From: Pelagomonas calceolata
Taxonomy: Eukaryota
Direction: 5' to 3'
Length of the DNA: 64,000 nt
NCBI GenBank assembly: GCA_918797485.1
Contig: CAKKNE010000001.1
Span: 3,410,001 to 3,474,000 of the forward strand
The first letter of the stretch is position 1. Every line of letters begins with the position of its first letter. Positions 8,843 to 18,027 of the stretch are shown here, piece by piece. Under the pieces are notes generated by a model. It was given only the letters and a program-made list of their open reading frames with translations. It did no database searches and was not told the DNA's origin. Made by a program: the position numbers and the translations under genes.

Positions 8843-9862
8843 TTAGACCTCCGGGGTAGCGGGCGGCGGCGGCGGCGGCGGCGCGTAGTTCCTAGCCAGG
8901 ACCGTATGTAAGTACACGGCCAACATGATGACGCCGAACGTCGTCAGTTCCAAAGGAGTGATCTCCGCGCCGAAGAAGAGCACATCTATCAGAGCCGTGA
9001 AACAGATCGCGGCGGTATTGATAAACGTACGAGTAATCGCGCCGAATCTCTTCAATATTATAGAAATAGACAAGCCATAGATAGCATAAAACACCATCGA
9101 GAAGACCTGGACGCCGCCCACGTCACCGAACAATTCTGTCGGTGCGCCATGGTGATCAGCAGAAGGCATCGCGCTCAAGATCCAGTTCGTGCCGTTGAAA
9201 ATGACGCCCCAGACGTAGAGCATGGCGTTCTGGACCATGAGGGGCTGGTCCATTTTTCTTTGCATTACTTTTTGGGTATATACATTACCTCCTGCCGCAC
9301 AGGCGACAATGACCGCCATGACACAGAGCCCCATCGTGTCGATCTTGTACCCGTCGTCCCCACACCCACTCAACTGGTACTGCATCGCGCCCACCATCAA
9401 CAGCACTATCGACGTCCACTCCAACGCATGCATGCGTTTGCCGAGCATGACCACGGCCAGAATAGCTACCGACACTATTCTTGTATTCATCAGGAGCTGA
9501 AAGGCCGACGAGTTCATGTGCTGGAGCGCCAAAAAGCTCAAGTTGTTTTGGGCAAAAAACACGAAGCCGGGCACCGCGTACTGCAGAAAGTCGCTCCGGT
9601 CGACATTGAAATGTTTGACTACTTCTCGGTCGTTCTCTTGATACGCTTTAAAACACCAAGCTAAAGCTACGCTTAGTTTCATGAGCTCCGCAAAAAAATA
9701 GATGCACCACTTGTTGTAGTCATAACCACCGTCCGCGTTTTGCGTCATCTTCACGACCGGGGCTGTTAATGTGTTGAAGAATAACGCGGCGAGGATGAAG
9801 CCCATGGCCTCCGCCGTGAAATAGTTGGGCGCGCCCTGGGCCATGGCTGCTTTAGCTGCCAT
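8843..9862 (-). CDS. Nucleotide-sugar transporter (SLC35A family)
   Basis: Multi-TM protein with AELMKL, YAVPGFVFFAQNNL, FQLLMNTRI and GNVYTQKVM motifs. Confidence 0.9.
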   Translation of the reverse strand: MAAKAAMAQGAPNYFTAEAMGFILAALFFNTLTAPVVKMTQNADGGYDYNKWCIYFFAELMKLSVALAWCFKAYQENDREVVKHFNVDRSDFLQYAVPGFVFFAQNNLSFLALQHMNSSAFQLLMNTRIVSVAILAVVMLGKRMHALEWTSIVLLMVGAMQYQLSGCGDDGYKIDTMGLCVMAVIVACAAGGNVYTQKVMQRKMDQPLMVQNAMLYVWGVIFNGTNWILSAMPSADHHGAPTELFGDVGGVQVFSMVFYAIYGLSISIILKRFGAITRTFINTAAICFTALIDVLFFGAEITPLELTTFGVIMLAVYLHTVLARNYAPPPPPPPATPEV

Positions 9863-10180
9863 GGTTTGCTATCGGCCGCAGCCTTTTTTGGCAGTGCTTT
9901 GCCTGCTTTGCTGGCTTTTGGGCGAGGGGACCGCTTGAACGTATTGCTAAAGCTGCAGCGATATATATTGCTTCGATCCCGTCGGGGTGGGTAAAGCAAA
10001 AAATTGCGCTAGGTAACCACACTAGCACATGCTCGAGAGGTCTCCTCCAGCCTCAAGCCGGCCCCAAATCCGATGATAGACGGTGTTCGAACCGTCCTCG
10101 CCCGGCCCCGGAGCGCTCGCCGGCCAACTACTTGGAATTAAGTTAGCCGAAACAGACGAGCCGCGCAGAGGAGCGCCGAG

Positions 10181-10615
10181 TCACTCGTCCTTCTTTTTTT
10201 GCGCCGCCGCGGCCGCCGGCGCCGCGGCGGCCTCGTCCGCGCGCGCGCGCGCCTCGACGGCCTTCACCCGCCGCTTGAGGAGGTCGAGGCCCAAGTACCC
10301 CACGCGTCCCACGACCATCAATAGCACGGACGCTTTCAGGCCCTTGGCGTCCTTCGGGAAGACCCCCAGCATATAATCGCCTCTCAATCTTTTCACGAGG
10401 CGCCTGCGTGGAAATCAGGTGTCGCGCGGCTCCACGTGCGCCATCGACGCGGCGCCGCGCGAGAAGAAATAACTCGCGCAAAGGCCGAAGACGATCGGTA
10501 TGCCCACTAGAAGTGCCGTTTCCAATGGACTGATTTTCTTTGGCGCTTGTGCTCGTGCAGGGCCAGTTGCCTTTGCATGCTTTTTCTCTTGTCTTGCTCT
10601 TACGGCGCTTCCCAT
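10181..10615 (-). CDS. Small two-TM membrane protein interrupted by an introner-derived intron (about 10404-10475)
   Basis: Two protein-like ORF halves are separated by a TIR-bearing element; the exact donor is ambiguous. Confidence 0.6.
10404..10475 (-). mobile_element. Degenerate introner element (one TIR retained)
   Basis: CTGCGTGGAAATC TIR at 10404 supplies a CAG acceptor on the minus strand; core GCCATCGACGCG is inside. Confidence 0.7.
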
Positions 10616-10713
10616 TGCGTGTCACGCGACCCCTGTGTGGCGCGCTCGGCCGTGAGTAATATACAAACGATCGCGACGCGTAAGGCTCAAAACGTGGTCG
10701 CAAGGCCCATCGA

Positions 10714-10735
10714 GCTAGCGTTGTAAGACACTAGC
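10714..10735 (+). promoter_or_regulatory. Bipartite CTAG promoter motif
   Basis: GCTAGCGTTGTAAGACACTAGC between divergent genes. Confidence 0.7.
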
Positions 10736-10904
10736 GCTGCGCACACGCCAGCCTGCATACGCATTGCTGCACGGTGCACAGCCGAAGCGCTCGAGTACAG
10801 ACTCGTAAAGCAGTGCTCGAAACGCTGGAGGACACGTGAGGCGAGCAGGCATCGCTGCAACGCTGGCTCAGGTGTTGCAGCAGCACGCGCACGCTGTGGC
10901 AAGC

Positions 10905-12578
10905 ATGCTCCGCTGCGCCGCACTACTAGCAACAGCGCAAGCTCTAAGCACAACCACCCTAACGCCACCGCGTCTGGCCGCCACCGAAAAGCAAGTCGTA
11001 GCCTGCGTCGACCGCGTCCAGCGCGCGCTCGACGCTGCGGTGGATGCGCCGCGCGCGTCGGCATCGATAGACCCTATTGATGTCGCCGACCTCGCGACGG
11101 CAAACGGACGAGAGCGATTGGCCGAGGATTTACGCAAGCGCCACCACGCGATTTTGCGAGTGGACGATGCTGGAGCGTGCCAGGCGCTGCAGGACGCCGC
11201 GCTTTCATTAACAGAAGACGAGGCGCGGCTGCAGATTATTGGAGGCGCGACGCCCGTGTCACAAGACCGACCAACGGAGTTCGTCGGCGTCTTCGGCGGC
11301 ACCGAGAACCGCTTCGTCGAGGTGCGCTACGGTCATAACAATGAGGCACTACCGACCACCATACAACCAGAACTGCCCGAGCTTAATCAAGCAAGGCGCT
11401 GCCTCGGGAGTCTTGGGAGGTTGCTCTGCGTCGCAACACTAGACGATCGAGCCAATCTAGCCGACGACGTCGCCTGCGACAGCGGCGGTAATAGGGAAGA
11501 GGCGTCGACGACGGCGCATCGGCTGTGCGCCTACGCGCCTTCCAATGTAACGGCCTTCGGCGCCCACACGGATACTTCTTTCTTTACCCTGGTGCCCTTC
11601 GCGCGCGTGCCGGGCCTGGAGGTCCTCGACCCCTCCTTACAGAGGTGGGTCTGCCCCGAGGCTGATACACCATCAAAGGGAGAGGGCCATCTCGTCCTGG
11701 CCATGCCCGGCGAGTTCCTCGAGGTGGCCTCGCATGGTTCTTTCCAAGCTTCGGTGCATCGGGTCCGGGGCGGTTCAGAGAAGAGGGTCTCGACGCCATT
11801 ACTTGTCAGAGCTGATTTAAGGGAGCCCTGGGATGGGTTGGAGGCATCATCCGTGTGGCGCGCGCTCCAGAAGTGTACTTCGGCTGAAGCATTGAAGGAG
11901 CTCGCTCCTTGTATTAATTCAAGGAAGCGCTACGTCGCGCCCGTCCGCACGCTCGCGGAGGCGCAATCTTTCTATGGGATGCTTTGTGCTGGCAGTGAGG
12001 TACTGTCTGTGTCACCGTTGGTCGTCAAAATGCCGGGCTTCGCTTCTCATGACGAGTGCGCCATCTTGTTAAACTTGAGCGACGATGCGCAGCGGAGCAC
12101 GATCGACAACGAACAAGTTACAACCTCGCACCGCACGTCGCGGACGAAGTGGTTAGATGATGATGAGGTACCTGCACGACTGTCCGAGCGGGCCGCCGTG
12201 GTGTCAGAACTGCCCGTATCAAACGCGGAGCGCTGGCAGCTCGCGCAATACGGCGAGAACTGTGAATATAAACTCCACGTCGACACGGTGCCGGAGTTTA
12301 ACGACCTCGCGCCCGGCGGTCGCTTCTCTACGCTGCTCTTGTACCTCGACGAACCGGCCGAGGGGGGCACGACGGACTTCCCGGACCTTGGCTTGCGGAT
12401 AAAGCCGGAGACGGGCACGGCTCTGTACTTCCGCAACGTGCGCGAGCCGGTCTCGGACCCCTTCTCGTTGGAAACGCATGAGAGTTCGGCGCACGCGGGC
12501 GCGCCCGTGGTCCGGGGCGCGAAGCACATCGCGACGCGCTGGGTCCACCCCGTGCCCTACCCGGACGGGTTGTCGTAA
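10905..12578 (+). CDS. Tandem 2OG-Fe(II) oxygenase (IPNS-like domain plus prolyl-4-hydroxylase-like domain) with leader peptide
   Basis: Domain 1: GAHTDTSFFTL...HRV...RVS. Domain 2: YKLHVD...TLLLYL...GGTTDFP...HAGAPVVRGAK. Confidence 0.85.
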   Translation: MLRCAALLATAQALSTTTLTPPRLAATEKQVVACVDRVQRALDAAVDAPRASASIDPIDVADLATANGRERLAEDLRKRHHAILRVDDAGACQALQDAALSLTEDEARLQIIGGATPVSQDRPTEFVGVFGGTENRFVEVRYGHNNEALPTTIQPELPELNQARRCLGSLGRLLCVATLDDRANLADDVACDSGGNREEASTTAHRLCAYAPSNVTAFGAHTDTSFFTLVPFARVPGLEVLDPSLQRWVCPEADTPSKGEGHLVLAMPGEFLEVASHGSFQASVHRVRGGSEKRVSTPLLVRADLREPWDGLEASSVWRALQKCTSAEALKELAPCINSRKRYVAPVRTLAEAQSFYGMLCAGSEVLSVSPLVVKMPGFASHDECAILLNLSDDAQRSTIDNEQVTTSHRTSRTKWLDDDEVPARLSERAAVVSELPVSNAERWQLAQYGENCEYKLHVDTVPEFNDLAPGGRFSTLLLYLDEPAEGGTTDFPDLGLRIKPETGTALYFRNVREPVSDPFSLETHESSAHAGAPVVRGAKHIATRWVHPVPYPDGLS

Positions 12579-12656
12579 TTATACAGGTATTTATTCATAC
12601 GGAGGGAGACCGTCGTCGATGGCGCGGGGATGAGAGAATCGCGGCGACGGCGTGAT

Positions 12657-13724
12657 CTACGAGTTCCACGCGTCCCCGCAGACGCAGTCGCGCGCGTCGC
12701 CGTTGTCCCGCCGGTTCATCCAGCAGCACGGGCAGACGCGCGACCGCACGCCGTTCATCGAGCGGCACCAACAGATGAGCACCCTCCTCTCCCCCTCCAA
12801 GACCTTGTCGACGGCGTGGAGCCGCCGGCCCAGGTGGAACGTCGCCACACCTAAATCCGGCGTGATCGCGACGTCTTCCTCCAAATCCGGCTGGCCGCGC
12901 ACGCCGCCCAGCAGGAGGTCGCCGCCCGCGAATGATTCCCGCGCGACAAGCCCGACGTTCACCGTCACTTCACTGTCGTCCGTGTGGGGGACGAGCGAGT
13001 CGCGGCCCGACGGCGCGTATCGGAGAACGTACGCATGCCTCCAGTCGAGGGGTGCCCGCGCGCCGGCCGCGTCGACGAGCGTCTCCCTGGGCCACGCCGC
13101 CGCCGCGACCTGCTCGGCGACGATCAGGAGCAGGTCCGCGAGCCAGCCGACGCCCAGCACGTCGAGGTTCGCCCGCGGTCGGGGGTGGCCATCGTCTTCC
13201 GCCGCCGCGTCCGACGCCGCGATGATCGCCGCACAAAAATCGGGTCGGAACAGGTCCAGGGAATAGACGTCGTCCTCTGGCTCGGACAATAGGCCCCAGA
13301 AGCCGTTGGTCTTCGGCGGTTGCCGCAACGCGTCTGCGATGCCGGCCCCCGGCGCCCAGCCCAGTGCCTTGGCCACCCTCGGGCTCACGACGTCGTCGAC
13401 GCGCCAGGTCGCGGCGTCGCGCAGCGCGTCCAGGGCTTCCGGGTGCTTCGCGGCCATGGCGTCGCACTCCCGCCGCGCGTCCAACCGCTGCGCACGAACT
13501 TTCGCTAGCACGGCTTCGAGCGCGCTCTCCAAGGTTTCTACGTCTTTATCTTGCCACCGTCGCAGGTAGTCCGGGTAGTGGTCGAGGCCCCACAACGCGT
13601 GCTGGAGAAATGCGAGCTCTGCCGCCGGGTGGCCCGTCCTTATTTTCTCATTGATGCGTCCCGTGATCCTCGCGCTGCTACTCACGTGGCGCGACATCAA
13701 TGCGACGGGAAGCAGACGCCGCAT
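12657..13724 (-). CDS. 2OG-Fe(II) oxygenase (PLOD/OGFOD2-like)
   Basis: LVPHTDDSEVTVNVGL, FAGGDL, HLGRRLHAV and GERRVLICW motifs. Confidence 0.85.
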   Translation of the reverse strand: MRRLLPVALMSRHVSSSARITGRINEKIRTGHPAAELAFLQHALWGLDHYPDYLRRWQDKDVETLESALEAVLAKVRAQRLDARRECDAMAAKHPEALDALRDAATWRVDDVVSPRVAKALGWAPGAGIADALRQPPKTNGFWGLLSEPEDDVYSLDLFRPDFCAAIIAASDAAAEDDGHPRPRANLDVLGVGWLADLLLIVAEQVAAAAWPRETLVDAAGARAPLDWRHAYVLRYAPSGRDSLVPHTDDSEVTVNVGLVARESFAGGDLLLGGVRGQPDLEEDVAITPDLGVATFHLGRRLHAVDKVLEGERRVLICWCRSMNGVRSRVCPCCWMNRRDNGDARDCVCGDAWNS

Positions 13725-14066
13725 GCAGGGCTCAGGCTGGCTTGGCCTGCAGCCTCTTTTTAGGCTGGTCGAACTGTCCGCAGCGATGCAGCAAGCGGTT
13801 CTGCCGGCAAGTGGGGCCCAGAAGACAGCCTGTAGGCTGCGAACGGACGCTGTTATAAAGCACGATGGCGCCAGAGCTGCGAGGAGCTTTTGGAGCTAGT
13901 ATGTCTCTGTCACTCCTTCCTCCTCCCGCAAAGTGGTGCCACTGATTAGGCGCAGAGAACGGCATTCGTCCTTCCTTGCTGTCGCAAACACGCGAATCAT
14001 CCATCATTCATTCTGCGTGCTCCGCACAAGTCCTGCTCTCCCACAGCTGATCGCATCAGTGCATTA

Positions 14067-15056
14067 ATGGCGGATGGTGATCGATGGCAGGGCAGGCCTG
14101 CACAGCCTTCAGCCATGCAGCGTGCATTTGATGATGCCACGAACCGACTGGCGCGGCGGCTCGAGGCGGAATCGATCTCTGCGCCGCCGCCGCTGCGCAG
14201 GCCGTCGCGCCTGATGCTTACTGGAACGCCGGCGCCGGGCCGCCTCGAGGCCGCGGCTGCCAATAAAGATCTCGACGAAGCGCGCGCGTTGTGCGGGACC
14301 GCGTGGACAAATCGCTTGGCGGCGCTACTGCCGGACGGCTGGCGCTTAGGCCCTTGCGTCGGGGTTGGCGACGGCGAGCGGCTTGAACCGCCGTGCTTCG
14401 ACAGAATTGAAAGCACCGCGCTCGTTTCGCTCCTTGAATTGCCAGCAATTGCGAGGAGTCCAGAACTCACTCCATTCGAGAATGGGTTGAGTTCTGGACT
14501 CCTGCTCAACTTCCTATTCCAGAACGAGGACGATGGCAGAGTCATTTTGGGTCATGACACTAGCAGAAACGAGTTCGCTCTCAGGCCCGGTGAACACTTG
14601 GCCTCCGTGTTTTGTAGATATTCCGGGCTTCGTCGCGATGGTAAAGTCAACGGCCTGCTTTTCGAAACCACCGCCGGTCGCTCTGCACCGCGCTTCAAGA
14701 CGCTGCGTTATACGGACGGGCCAGAAAGATTTATAGAAGCCCCGCCGGGGTTGGCGATCCGCAATTTCTATGGGCGAGTTAGAAAGCTTAGAGCGAGCTC
14801 CTTAAAAAGGCTCCGTATGGCGGAAGCAGATGGAACGGAGTACCGGTTACTCGAGATCTGTTGCCTCGGAGTCGTTTTCGGTCCGCGGACCGCGGCCGTC
14901 TGGCGCCCAGGCACACCTGTACGTTTCTCAGACGCCGCCACGGCCCGCGCGCGCGCGGTAATTGATCTCGCCGACGGGGATGGGCCGCTCGGCCGGCTGC
15001 CCGAGGTGTTGGTCCACCTCGTGCTCGCTTTCGCCATCGACCTCTTCCCCGCATGA
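14067..15056 (+). CDS. Protein with jacalin-like beta-prism region and C-terminal LPE-helix motif
   Basis: FALRPGEHLASV...VNGLLFETTAGR...APPGLAIRNFYGR; ends LGRLPEVLVHLVLAFA. Confidence 0.5.
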   Translation: MADGDRWQGRPAQPSAMQRAFDDATNRLARRLEAESISAPPPLRRPSRLMLTGTPAPGRLEAAAANKDLDEARALCGTAWTNRLAALLPDGWRLGPCVGVGDGERLEPPCFDRIESTALVSLLELPAIARSPELTPFENGLSSGLLLNFLFQNEDDGRVILGHDTSRNEFALRPGEHLASVFCRYSGLRRDGKVNGLLFETTAGRSAPRFKTLRYTDGPERFIEAPPGLAIRNFYGRVRKLRASSLKRLRMAEADGTEYRLLEICCLGVVFGPRTAAVWRPGTPVRFSDAATARARAVIDLADGDGPLGRLPEVLVHLVLAFAIDLFPA

Positions 15057-15111
15057 TGAGTCTAATGTTGTCTGTGTTTTCGTTCGAACATTACTACACG
15101 AGGAGGGAGTC

Positions 15112-17535
15112 TCAGGGCGACAGGCGTGCCAGGAACGCCGCGCGCTTGTCGGCGACGTCCTTGCGGCGCTGCTCCTCTAAAGCCGCGCGGCGCGCCTCCT
15201 CGGCAGCTGCGGCGGCGAGCGCGGGCGCGGGGTCCGGCGCCGTCTCGGTCGAGTCGAGGCGGCGCCCGGGGCCGAAGACCTCGGGGCCGGCATATCCCGC
15301 GCCGTCCATGCTTTCGTCGTCGTCGGACGATTCTTCCATGGCGTCGCCGGCGTTGTTGTTGCGGCGGCGGAGCTCCTCCAGGCGCGCTTCCAGGCGCGCG
15401 ATTTCTTCGGCGTCGGCCGGCGGTTGCGGCGGGGCCGCGGGCGGCGGCGGCTGCGGCGCCGCGGGCGTAGTAGGCGGCGCAGCGGGCGTCGTAGGCGGCA
15501 CCGCGGGCGCAGCGGGCGCAGGAGGCAACACCGCGGGCTCCGCCGAAGCAGCAGCCAGGCGCTCCTGGAACGCTTGGAGCGTCCTCCTCAATACGACCTC
15601 GAAGCGTTGAGCCGTCGCGGGGTAGTCACTATGGGCCTCAGCAATGCGCGTCTCAACGGTCGTCGCGATGGCTGCAGAACGAGTAGACAAATGCGCCAGA
15701 ATCGCCGAAGAAAAGGGCGACTCGCGCCGCGTCTCCAGCGCAAAGGCGCAGGCCACGTCTAGAGTCTGCACACTAAGCACTTCATCCGTCCGCCGCGCGT
15801 CGGGCGGCACGTGGGACCCGCCATCTTCTCCACTAGATAAAACCCGACCGCTTCTACTAGTCTCCGTCTCGGTGCCCTCCCACCCTCCGTAGCCCGGTTC
15901 GTTGAAATGCGGGTGGCGCATGCCCAACACTAATCCTTGGATGGAGACGAGCACCTGCAACAGTGAACTTTGGGAGGGCTCCCAGCCCGGGCCCTCCCAC
16001 GTCCCTAGTAACGAGAGACAAACGAGTCCATCCGCGAAGAGGTTCGGCCCGAACTGGGCCGTGCCCCGCTTTGTGGTCAAAATCCTAACTTTGGGCGGGT
16101 GCTGCGGGTAGTCCTCGCCGCATTTGATCTCAAACTCGAAGCAGCCGTGGGCGTAGGGCGTGTTCAAAGGTCCTGTTATGAGCGCTCGCATATAAGCTGG
16201 TTTTTCGCTGTCGTATCTCACTAAGATGGTCGAGGCGCAGCTCGGCTGCGGTAAATCGGAACCTAGCGACCTTAACTCGCGCATCAGTCTTCTAGGTGCC
16301 GCGCCAGTCGTGAAGTTTCGGGGCGCGAGGCCGTCTACACCTGATACGACGTCCACATTTGCCGCTTGTAATGCCGCCCTATAAGCGTCGTCGTCATCTT
16401 GGGATTGCGGTGCCGGTGGAGGCTGCACCTTTATAGCTTCCACATAAAGTGTAGAACCGCCTAAGTTGCACTCGGCCAGCGTCCGACCATCAATCACGAG
16501 GGGCTGGCGCGCGCCGGCGACGGTCAGGCGCGCGCTCGTCTCGTCCGGCAGCTGCCTCGAGAGAAAGTCGGCTAATTGTGTAAGTGACCAGCCCGCGAGG
16601 AACTGGCGTCTCATCGGAGGCGCGCCCGGCAGGCGGACTGCGACATTTAGTGTAGCATGCGGGTTGTTTGTTGTCTGTTGAGGCGGTGCGGCGCCGTCGG
16701 CCGCCGCCGCTTGTTGGAACTCGCGGTCCTGCGCGTCGATGAGCCCGCCCGTGTCGTCCCTGATAGGTGCCGGCGCCGGCGCCGGCGCGAGCTTGCGGCG
16801 CCGCGCGGCCCGGTCGCGCTCGTCCTCGCCCCAGCGCCGCTGCGAGGCCGCGCGCTCCGCGGCCGCGGCGCGGGCCTCGGTCTTGGCTCTCGCTCTTTGT
16901 TCCGCCCGGCGCTCCTCCTTCTTTCGAGTCAAAGCGGCCGGGAGTTCTGACGAGTAGACCTCGAGCGCCGCCCTTAATGAAGCCTCGTCCACGTTTTGGA
17001 GGACGTAGACGTCCTCGGTCCGCACTGGAGTGGAAGCGGCCTGGCGCATCGCCGCCGCCTGCCGTTTAGCAGCCTCGAGCCGCTGCGCCTCCTCCTCGAC
17101 TGAAGGGTCGTCGACGCCCATGAACTCCGGGTGGCCCGCGAGGCGGTCCAGCGCCAGCGAGATGTCGCCGCCGCACTCTTGGAGCATGCTGCGCGCCGCG
17201 CTCCTTCTAAACCCCATCTGTATCAATGAATCTTCGGCCGCGGCCGTGGCGATCGTCGTCGACTGCTCGTACGTTTGAGGCGGCGGCGGCGGCGGCGCGC
17301 TTACGGTCATGGCTTCCTTGCGGAACCCTAATGCCAAGAATGCAGCTAGGCCGCCGTCCGCCGCGAGGATGGTCTGCTGCACGAGCTTGGCCTTTGCTTT
17401 GATGCGGCGGTACTTTTCTTCCGCGGGATGGGCGAGGATGTTGCCCAGGATCTTCGTCAGGGCGGCGGAGAACTGTTCGACGGTCAAGTCGCCGTTCTTG
17501 TCCAGCAGGGCGCGCGCGGCGGCGGCGGCGGCCAT
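15112..17535 (-). CDS. PUB-UBA-UBX-UBC (BIRC6/UBE2Z-like E2) multidomain protein
   Basis: PUB: KILGNILAHPAEEKYRRIK. UBA: LIQMGF. UBX-like: VAVRLPG...F. E2: GPLNTPYAHGCFEF...PNLFADGLVCLSLLGTW with catalytic Cys. Confidence 0.85.
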   Translation of the reverse strand: MAAAAAARALLDKNGDLTVEQFSAALTKILGNILAHPAEEKYRRIKAKAKLVQQTILAADGGLAAFLALGFRKEAMTVSAPPPPPPQTYEQSTTIATAAAEDSLIQMGFRRSAARSMLQECGGDISLALDRLAGHPEFMGVDDPSVEEEAQRLEAAKRQAAAMRQAASTPVRTEDVYVLQNVDEASLRAALEVYSSELPAALTRKKEERRAEQRARAKTEARAAAAERAASQRRWGEDERDRAARRRKLAPAPAPAPIRDDTGGLIDAQDREFQQAAAADGAAPPQQTTNNPHATLNVAVRLPGAPPMRRQFLAGWSLTQLADFLSRQLPDETSARLTVAGARQPLVIDGRTLAECNLGGSTLYVEAIKVQPPPAPQSQDDDDAYRAALQAANVDVVSGVDGLAPRNFTTGAAPRRLMRELRSLGSDLPQPSCASTILVRYDSEKPAYMRALITGPLNTPYAHGCFEFEIKCGEDYPQHPPKVRILTTKRGTAQFGPNLFADGLVCLSLLGTWEGPGWEPSQSSLLQVLVSIQGLVLGMRHPHFNEPGYGGWEGTETETSRSGRVLSSGEDGGSHVPPDARRTDEVLSVQTLDVACAFALETRRESPFSSAILAHLSTRSAAIATTVETRIAEAHSDYPATAQRFEVVLRRTLQAFQERLAAASAEPAVLPPAPAAPAVPPTTPAAPPTTPAAPQPPPPAAPPQPPADAEEIARLEARLEELRRRNNNAGDAMEESSDDDESMDGAGYAGPEVFGPGRRLDSTETAPDPAPALAAAAAEEARRAALEEQRRKDVADKRAAFLARLSP

Positions 17536-18027
17536 CTTTTAGCGCTGGTCCCTGGACTGATCTCGGAGCTGGTCACGTCCAGATCGCGCGCAGCGATGCG
17601 GCGAACTGGGAGGCGTGAGGAAGGTCTTGGCGGCGAGCTCCCCAGTGGCACAGGCGGTGCGTAGGGCGCCCGTCAATGCCTTCTTCACGACGCGAGAAGC
17701 TAGGAGGCTAGCGTCTATAGACATACTAGTGTTCCAACTCGCAAATCGCCTCCACAGCCTCGCAGCGAGACACAGGCGCACAGTTCGCTACAGACCCGCG
17801 AGGCTGCACGAGTGCTTCGGCCCTGCGCGCAGGGCGACCCTCTGCTGGTTTTACGGTGGGCGAGGCTGCCCACACTATGGTTGTGGTGTGAGTCCCCTCG
17901 CCACCCGAAACCGCAAGCCCGACGCAAGCGCTGCCCCGAGGCTGCCCGCGGGCCGCACGCCAGCCGCCGCGCCGCGGGGGGACCGCGCGCCGCACGGACG
18001 AAGCACACAGACACCGTAATATACAAT

